Source: Octopus vulgaris (lineage: Eukaryota). Taken from it: 64,000 nt of DNA. Below the pieces are notes generated by a model. It saw only the letters and a program-made list of their open reading frames with translations, made no database searches and was not told the DNA's origin. Numbering within the stretch: position 1 is the stretch's first letter; every line of letters begins with the position of its first letter. Below, in pieces: positions 56,543-64,000 of this stretch. The stretch lies in contig OX597824.1 in NCBI GenBank assembly GCA_951406725.2, positions 29,884,001 through 29,948,000 on the forward strand, read 5' to 3'. The position numbers and the translations under genes are program-made.

Positions 56543-57399
56543 GTGTGTGTGTGTGTAGCAGGTTGGCTGGCTATCTTTGTGCTTGTTATACCTCCACTGC
56601 TTGACAACCGGTATTAATTTGTCTATGTTCCAATAAGTTAGCGTTTCGGCAAATGATATACTTTGATAGGTTTCGGCCAGTATTAGCCCAGGCCACGTCT
56701 AGCTTAATAGTATCACCTGGCGATAGAATAAGTACCAAATTTATAAAGAGAAGTTAAAGCATAAGGACTGCAGCCGACTTGGTTGACTAAAGCCCAGCGT
56801 GGCCGCAATCCAATAACTAAAACGAGTAAAAATTTAAACGGTAAACAAAATACTGTATATAAGAAAATTATGAATAACACACTTTGTAAAATACTCAGGA
56901 ATAAGTAAAGGCTTTGTAAAGCCTATATTAATATTAAAGGTTTTGTAACGCCTAAACTGGTACAGTCTTTGTAAAGCCTATAGTAAAACGTCTACTAATA
57001 TGTCCACAGGGGGCTAAGCGTAGAGGATACAAGCAAAGACAGACAAAGGGATTAAGGTGATTACATCGACCCCAGTGCGTAACTGGTAGTTATTTAATCG
57101 ACCCCGAAAGGATGAAAGGCAAAGTCGAACTTGGCAGAATTTGAACTCAGAACGTAACGGCAGCCGAAATACAGCTAGACATTTCGCCCGGCGTGCTAAC
57201 AATACTGCCAGCATGCCGCCCTACTAATAATATACTAATTAGTATTAGTATAGGATTCGTAAAGCCTTGAATTTTATTTATAAAAATCAGGGGTGTATCA
57301 TGATATTCTTTGTGACGCTCTGAGATACCCTTTATGATGCATCGAGATACTCTTTGCAACACAAGAACTTCAACTGCAGTGATGCGTCGTCTAAAATGC

Positions 57400-57625
57400 C
57401 CTGGTCTAAGTAATCACTCAACTTGGCAGAGAGAACAACTAAATCTCCCTCAAACCACATTCAACTGTCTTAAAAATTAGACACATTGGATAATGTAATT
57501 TTGTGAACACCATATCCGAACAAAAAAAACCCTAAAAAACAACGGCGGGATGGTCATCGCTGGAATGTCTTTGATCACAGGCCTGACCAATCAAAGGCTG
57601 ACCTGGTTTATACAATAGCAGCGAT
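57400..57625 (+). repeat. Old interspersed repeat family E
   Basis: aaatctccctcaaa..gatggtcat.gctggaatgtctttgatca..ctgacctgg; diverged copies near 23850-24027, 31940-32135 and 46070-46235. Confidence 0.6.
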
Positions 57626-57921
57626 TACAAAGAGAGAACCGATATAGCAAGTCTTTGACAGATAACAAAAGCTATGCACTGACGATGAGGTCAACTGCCT
57701 ACCGGATGTGAACTTTCTATTGAAATTCAGTGTCAAAGAGAATATTTACGGTCGATCACTTCGAAGCCTAAAAATTCTCAACCAAGAAAATGAATTTCTC
57801 CCTGGAATCATTGGTGCACTTAGACATGTTATTTTGTGGTTCGGTAATAGTTTAGAAGACTGGGTAGGCGGGGTTCATGTAAGGCTAGAGACCTTTTAAT
57901 AAGTATTGTGTATATACAGTG

Positions 57922-58160
57922 TGTGGAGGCGCGTGGCTTAGTGGTTAGGGTGTCAGCATCATGATCGTAAGATTGTGGTTTCGATTCCTGAACCGGGCGA
58001 CGCGTTGTGTTCTTGAGCAAAACTCTTCATTTCACGTTGGCTGGCAAAAATGAGTAACGCTGCGATGGACTGGCGTCCCGTCCAGCTGGGGAACACATAC
58101 GCCATAGAAACCGGGAAACCAGGCCCATGAGCCTGGCTAGGCTTTAAAAAGGCGCATTTA
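57922..58160 (+). mobile_element. SINE family A, tail type 2
   Basis: tRNA-like head TGGCTTAGTGG/GTTTCGATTCC, then ctgcgatggactggcgtcccgtccag tail. Confidence 0.88.
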
Positions 58161-58754
58161 TTATACTTATTATTATATACAATCAGTAAGTAAAACAATA
58201 TCCCTTCAAGATTATATTATTGAAGGGTAAAAGAGGCGTAGGGTCATCAATTTAGGATTTTGTTAAATTCTTTCCAATCACTTGAAGTATTTAAAATTTT
58301 CACTGGATATTACTGTCAAATTTTCAATCCTGAACACGTTTTACGTGTTCATAACGAAAATCGAATTCATGTTTTTCTTTTCTAGAAACTTATAAGCATT
58401 TCAAACTGTGTAATTCTAGTCAAACAGAAGCCTCCATTGCAACATGCTGGAAGTCGCACTTCTGTGTCTACTCTTAGAGAACAGCACAGACGACAAAGGC
58501 GAAACCATTGCGTGGTCTCTTGACCTGTTAGAGTAAATAAATTGTACTCTCAATGAAATGTTTTGTTGATGTAATCACTATAACGTATCACATACCATCT
58601 GTACGGGGAGAATGTAAACTCGAAGCTGAAGTAAAATATAATTATATACCTTATATTATGTATTTCGTACTTTTGTTGTTATTCGTCATAAACACCATTC
58701 ATATAAACATGCATGTGTGTATATGTGTAAGTACCAAGTTGAGTAAAAAGTAAG

Positions 58755-59015
58755 CAACACTTTGAATCATGAAGAATTTGTACCGGATTTTTGCAGAGTT
58801 TTGAATTATTTCTAAACAATTTTTTGCAATTATCTGATAATACAGACATAGTCTTGTCCAAATGCATCAGTAAATTAACATTGATTTTTTTTTCACCGTT
58901 GTTACAATCATCTGAAATGGAACAGTCAAAGCTCGATATTCGAGCAATTTTGCTATTCAACTTCAAAAAAGGACGTAAAGCAGCTGAAACTGCTCGCGAT
59001 ATCAACGAAACGTTC
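58755..59015 (+). mobile_element. mariner 5' fragment
   Basis: MEQSKLDIRAILLFNFKKGRKAAETARDINETF, mariner first HTH. Confidence 0.8.
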
Positions 59016-59737
59016 GCTTCGGATATTTTACGTGTTTGCTATTGTTAATTGAAAGGTGTTGCATTATTTTGTGCTGCTTTTCAGCGGTTGTATGATTGTA
59101 CTGTCCCTCAGCGTTTTAAAGAGAGATGGCTGAATTTGAAAATAGTTTTTATTCCGACCTGACTGAAACGTCTGAAGAAGAAATGGTTAGGGCTATCAAC
59201 AAAATAGAAAAATCTTTAAAGGGGAAAGGTTTTGCAGAAGTGGCAGGTGTCTCTAAGTAGGGAGTGAGCCTGAAAAACCTGAAGGATTTGGGGAAAATAC
59301 TGGAGAAGGAGGGTGGTGACGTGAAATTGTCATCAACGAATGAGGTTCTTTAAAACATGGAAGAAAGCAGAATTGTTTATAAAGTGTATTCAATCAAGGA
59401 GAGAAGAATTAAAAATGAGGCTACGGAGGAAATAGAGAAGGTATTGAGGCCAATCTGGCAAGATATATCATATTTTGCCAGAGGAAGCAGTTATGGGACT
59501 GTTGTTTGCATTTCAAAGAGAAAGAAAAGGCAAAGGAGCACTCAGCAAATACAATGAAGATGGAAAGAGTGATCCTCCAACCGATATACCTTGGAAGAAG
59601 AATTTCCAGAGTCAGAGTAGAAGGAATCCCCCCTGAAATAGACGTGGCTTGGGTAGTAGCAGTAGTATTTCTTGGAAGTGAGAAGGAAGTGGCCGTACTC
59701 CAAGTCACAGAAACAGAAGTAAGGAATTGGCGAGCGT
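59016..59737 (+). mobile_element. Probable LINE (L1/Tx1-like) 5' end / ORF1 pseudogene
   Basis: Purine-rich coding-like stretch from ATG ~59126 with a stop and frameshift; ..QPIYLGRRISRVRVEGIPPEID.. resembles ORF1 RRM regions. Confidence 0.5.
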
Positions 59738-60306
59738 TAAACAAGCACCTCGCACACGCCTTCCACCACCACCACCATCATTTCCCTTTCTCTTTCTCTC
59801 TCTTACATACACGTATACACACTCTCCTTCTCTATAACATACAATCTCTCTCTCTCTCTTTCTTATACACACTCCCTCTGTCTCCCGGTTATCCACACTC
59901 ATACTCTCCCTCTATTACATGCAGCCTCTCTCTCTCTCTCTCCCTCCTACAAGCAGAATATTTCCCTCTCTCTCTCTATTTCTTTCTCTTTCTCTTTCTC
60001 TCTCTCACTCTCTCTACCTCATAAACATACATATTCTCTCACACACTTTAGTCTCTTACACATAGACACACACACACACACTCTCTCTTTCACCTTCTTT
60101 CTCCTACACACACTATCTCCCTCTTTCTCATACAAACACTTTCTCACTCACACACCAAAGCTCTTTCTTTCTCTCTTTTTTACACACATACGCACACACA
60201 CACACACTCTGTCTTTTTTCACACACATACACACTCTCTCTCTCTCCCGCTCTCTCTCTTTCTTGCACACATACGCTCTCTCTCTCTCTCACACACGTAT
60301 ATACTT

Positions 60307-60337
<31 letters not shown>

Positions 60338-60390
60338 CATGCTCCTTTTTCTCCCTCTTACACTCTGTCCCTCTCTTTGTTCTCCCTTTC

Positions 60391-60891
60391 GGTTAATATC
60401 TAGATCCGCACCCGGTGGGAAAAATGAGATCCGCACCCGGTGGGAAAAATGGAAACGAAAATGTGTAACAGTTGTAAGGCATCGTATATTGACGGAATAA
60501 GACGGGAAAAAAGCGCGCTGACAAACGGGGGTGGGGCTCGGGAAATTCCCAGGATCAACCGTAGAGGCAAAAATGGAAAAAAATATGTGTAACAGGTGTA
60601 AGGCATCGTATATTGAAGGAATATGACGAAAAAAAAGCGCGCTGACAAACGGGGGGGGGAGGGGCTCGGAAAATTGCCTACGATTTAAAGAAAAATTTAC
60701 ACATATTTTTTTCCATTTTTGCCACCTGGGCGTGGATCCTCTACGGTTGATCCTGGGAATTTCCCGAGCCCCCACCCCCCGTTTGTCAGCGCGCTTTTTT
60801 CCCGTCTTATTCCGTCAATATACGATGCCTTACAACTGTTACACATTTTCGTTTCCATTTTTCCCACCGGGTGCGGATCTAGATATTAACC
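60391..60891. mobile_element. Mutator-like (MULE) foldback MITE
   Basis: ~160-bp TIRs beginning GGTTAATATCTAGATCCGCACCCGG; 9-bp TSD ctccctttc at 60382-60390 and 60892-60900. Confidence 0.92.
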
Positions 60892-61092
60892 CTCCCTTTC
60901 TCTCTCTCTCTCCTTCTCTTCCTTCTCCATCCCTCTTCTCTCTCTCTCCCACACATACACTTATACCACTGTAATCAGATACTCTATATCAAGTTTATCA
61001 GTATTGGCCTACTCTCGCTAACAACAACAACAACAACAACAAAAGCAACAACAACAACTACAATTGATGCTACAACTGCTACTGATGTTTTT

Positions 61093-61229
61093 TCTTCATG
61101 TCTGAAGATGACCAGATTAGCAGTCTTGATGTGGTTTATTAAGTAGGCCAATATCGGATAAAATCCAGTTACAATAGGTGCCCATATTAGCAGAATCAAG
61201 CCCCGATGGGACTCTCGCTTTCCATTCAG

Positions 61230-61279
<50 letters not shown>

Positions 61280-61585
61280 TCTCTCTCCTCTCTCCCCCCT
61301 CCCTCTCTTTATCTATCTCTTTAGTTTCTCTGATCATTTCTAATTCTTTGTCGCGGCACTGCGACACAGTGAGCGGTCTTGAGCCGCGTTCTTCATGTCT
61401 GAAGATGACCAAATTAGCAGCTTTAGTTTTTGAGAGTCCTGAAGTGATTTATTAATTAGGCCAGTATCGGATAAAATCCATGGCTATAGTAGGGGCATAT
61501 ATTAAACAGAATCAGGCCCCGATGGGACTCCCGCTTTCCATTCAGCTTTCCTCGCTCACTAGTTTCTCTGATCAGTTCTTATTCT
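61093..61585. repeat. Two diverged tandem copies of a ~300-bp unit
   Basis: ttcttcatgtctgaagatgacc..atcggataaaatcca..gccccgatgggactc.cgctttccattcagct..tagtttctctgatca occurs twice. Confidence 0.85.
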
Positions 61586-62077
61586 GAGTTCTGTATGGCA
61601 AAATGTTTGCTTCGACCCCAATACTTATTTTCAAGTCTGGTACTTATTCTATCGGTCTCTTTTGTCGGGTTGTCAAACGATAGTTGAGAACAAACACAAA
61701 GTAAACATATACATATTATTCGGAGGAGGAGTGGAACTGAGAAAAGTGACTGTGTGCCAGGCGAGAGGTTAAAGTATGATAGAGGAACAGAGACAGTTGT
61801 CTTACTATAGAAGAGATACTTAGCGACAGAAGAACCCACAAAAGTAAACAAGAGACAGAGACAGGCAGAAACAAGGAAAATGCCACTTGTATTTGAACAC
61901 TATACACGTATTCTTTTAAAAAAACTTTTATTTTATTGTTTCCAAATTTAATTGTTTTCCATACTTACAATTGAAGAAGCCTCAGTGACTGAAACTGGTA
62001 CTGAAATGTTTTTTACAAAATTATTTTAGCATTTTCTATCTTGACTTTTTTTTCCATATATATATATATATATATTA

Positions 62078-62603
<526 letters not shown>

Positions 62604-62706
62604 AAATGGTAAGACAACAAAAGAATGAAAGAGACCTCGATATTATGTAAATAGAGGAATTTATCTGTAAATGTAATATGTGACAATTATTCGGTAACAA
62701 TGGCCG

Positions 62707-62767
62707 GATAACTGAAGAGATAGTGGCGTGGATTTCCACCTCGGCATCCGAAACTCGGAGTTTTATC
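62707..62767 (+). ncRNA. Hammerhead ribozyme motif inside a hairpin insertion (62601-62810)
   Basis: gataa-CTGAAGA-[g..gtgga(tt)tccac..c]-GAAA-ctcggag-T-T-ttatc; enclosed by 35-bp arms 62662-62696/62773-62807. Confidence 0.65.
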
Positions 62768-63038
62768 ATGGCTACCGAATAATTGACACATATTACATTT
62801 ACAGATATATATACATATATTTCTACTTTGCAGACACCTCGGGGAAAGTATCTTCTACTATATATACATATGGTCTCCTATAGGAGAAATGAAACTGTTT
62901 GGCACACGTTGGACTCGGAGTACACACGGAAGGATACGATTAAGCAGCGTAACGCTCTCTGGCGCTTCTGCTAATTCACTGCCTTACCAAGTAGTAGTGG
63001 TAGTAGTAGCAGCAGTAGTAGCAGCAGCAGTAGTAGTG

Positions 63039-63078
<40 letters not shown>

Positions 63079-63314
63079 GAGGAGGAGGAGGAGGAGGAGG
63101 AGGAGGAGGAAGACGAGAAGGAAGAGGAAGAGGAGGAGTGGTGGTGGTGGTGGTGGTGGTGGTGGTGGTGGTAGTGGTAGTTATACTGTCGTCATTGCTG
63201 CAGTTGTTTAGTTCCAGACCAGTCCTTATCGAACAGATGAAAGATATTCCAGTTGTGACTATTCCAACATGTATGCTGCTGCTGCTGCTGGCGGTGGCGG
63301 CGGCGGTGGTGGTG

Positions 63315-63359
<45 letters not shown>

Positions 63360-64000
63360 CAATTATTCGTTTTACTATTGGTATGACATGGAGATATGTT
63401 TGCGTTGGTGGTGGTGGTGACGGTCGTCGTTGTAGTAGTAGTAGCAGTAGTGGTGGTGGTAGTAGTGGTTGTGATTGTGATGGTGGTAGTTGTTTAAGTG
63501 ATGGCGGGTGTATCATTGTTGAGGTCGTCGTCGTCGTCGTTGTAGTGAGACTAGGTGAGTGGTAGTCTGTTTAGGTGAGAGGTTTCGCTTGACTGAGAAT
63601 CTAGTATGCCATGCCGGACGTGTCCCGCCTCTGTTTTAATCACACACACACACCAACACATGCTCACTCACAGACCCATATACACAACGCACACGCGCTT
63701 ACATACATGCTTACACAAAAATAGGCTTTCACACACGCATATACGAACACACGCACTTCGTTCCGCTTGACTGATCCGTTCCGTGTTAATTGAGCCATAT
63801 CTCTGAAGTGAGGACTTGATAGGCAGGTCAAATGGCAGGAATTATTCGCCCTATCTGAATTACACGGCTATAGCGGAACCTATAATGAAAATAAGAATAA
63901 GGGGAAGAATAAGGATGTCGTGGTTCGCCAGAGGGGCAGCAGCTGGAAAACAGAATATAAAACGAAAACACACAATGCCAGCGAGTTTCATTAAGAAGAA

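Noticed and set aside
60128-60775. 215-aa minus-strand ORF
   Set aside because: Runs through the MULE MITE and a CT/CA tract; no domain features

Overview
Repeat-saturated, AT-rich eukaryotic DNA with no host protein-coding exon that I can support. The SINE families, the 5S sequence and the microsatellite density suggest an octopus/coleoid cephalopod genome, which is an inference. Almost all ORFs in the track are microsatellite or SINE artefacts. Supported content: several tRNA-derived SINE families, decayed non-LTR retrotransposon fragments (R4/Dong-type, RTE, probable L1/Tx1 ORF1), mariner relics, Mutator-, hAT- and pogo-type MITEs, a non-autonomous Helitron and one 5S rRNA-derived retrocopy. 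The most notable signal is a set of short non-coding inverted-repeat elements embedded in (TA)n/(CA)n tracts, several carrying minimal type-I hammerhead ribozyme cores. These include a ~320-bp palindrome with two head-to-head hammerheads and a tRNA-headed SINE with a hammerhead relic. A possible HDV-like ribozyme relic family is also present. All coordinates were read by eye and family names are by recognition, not database search.
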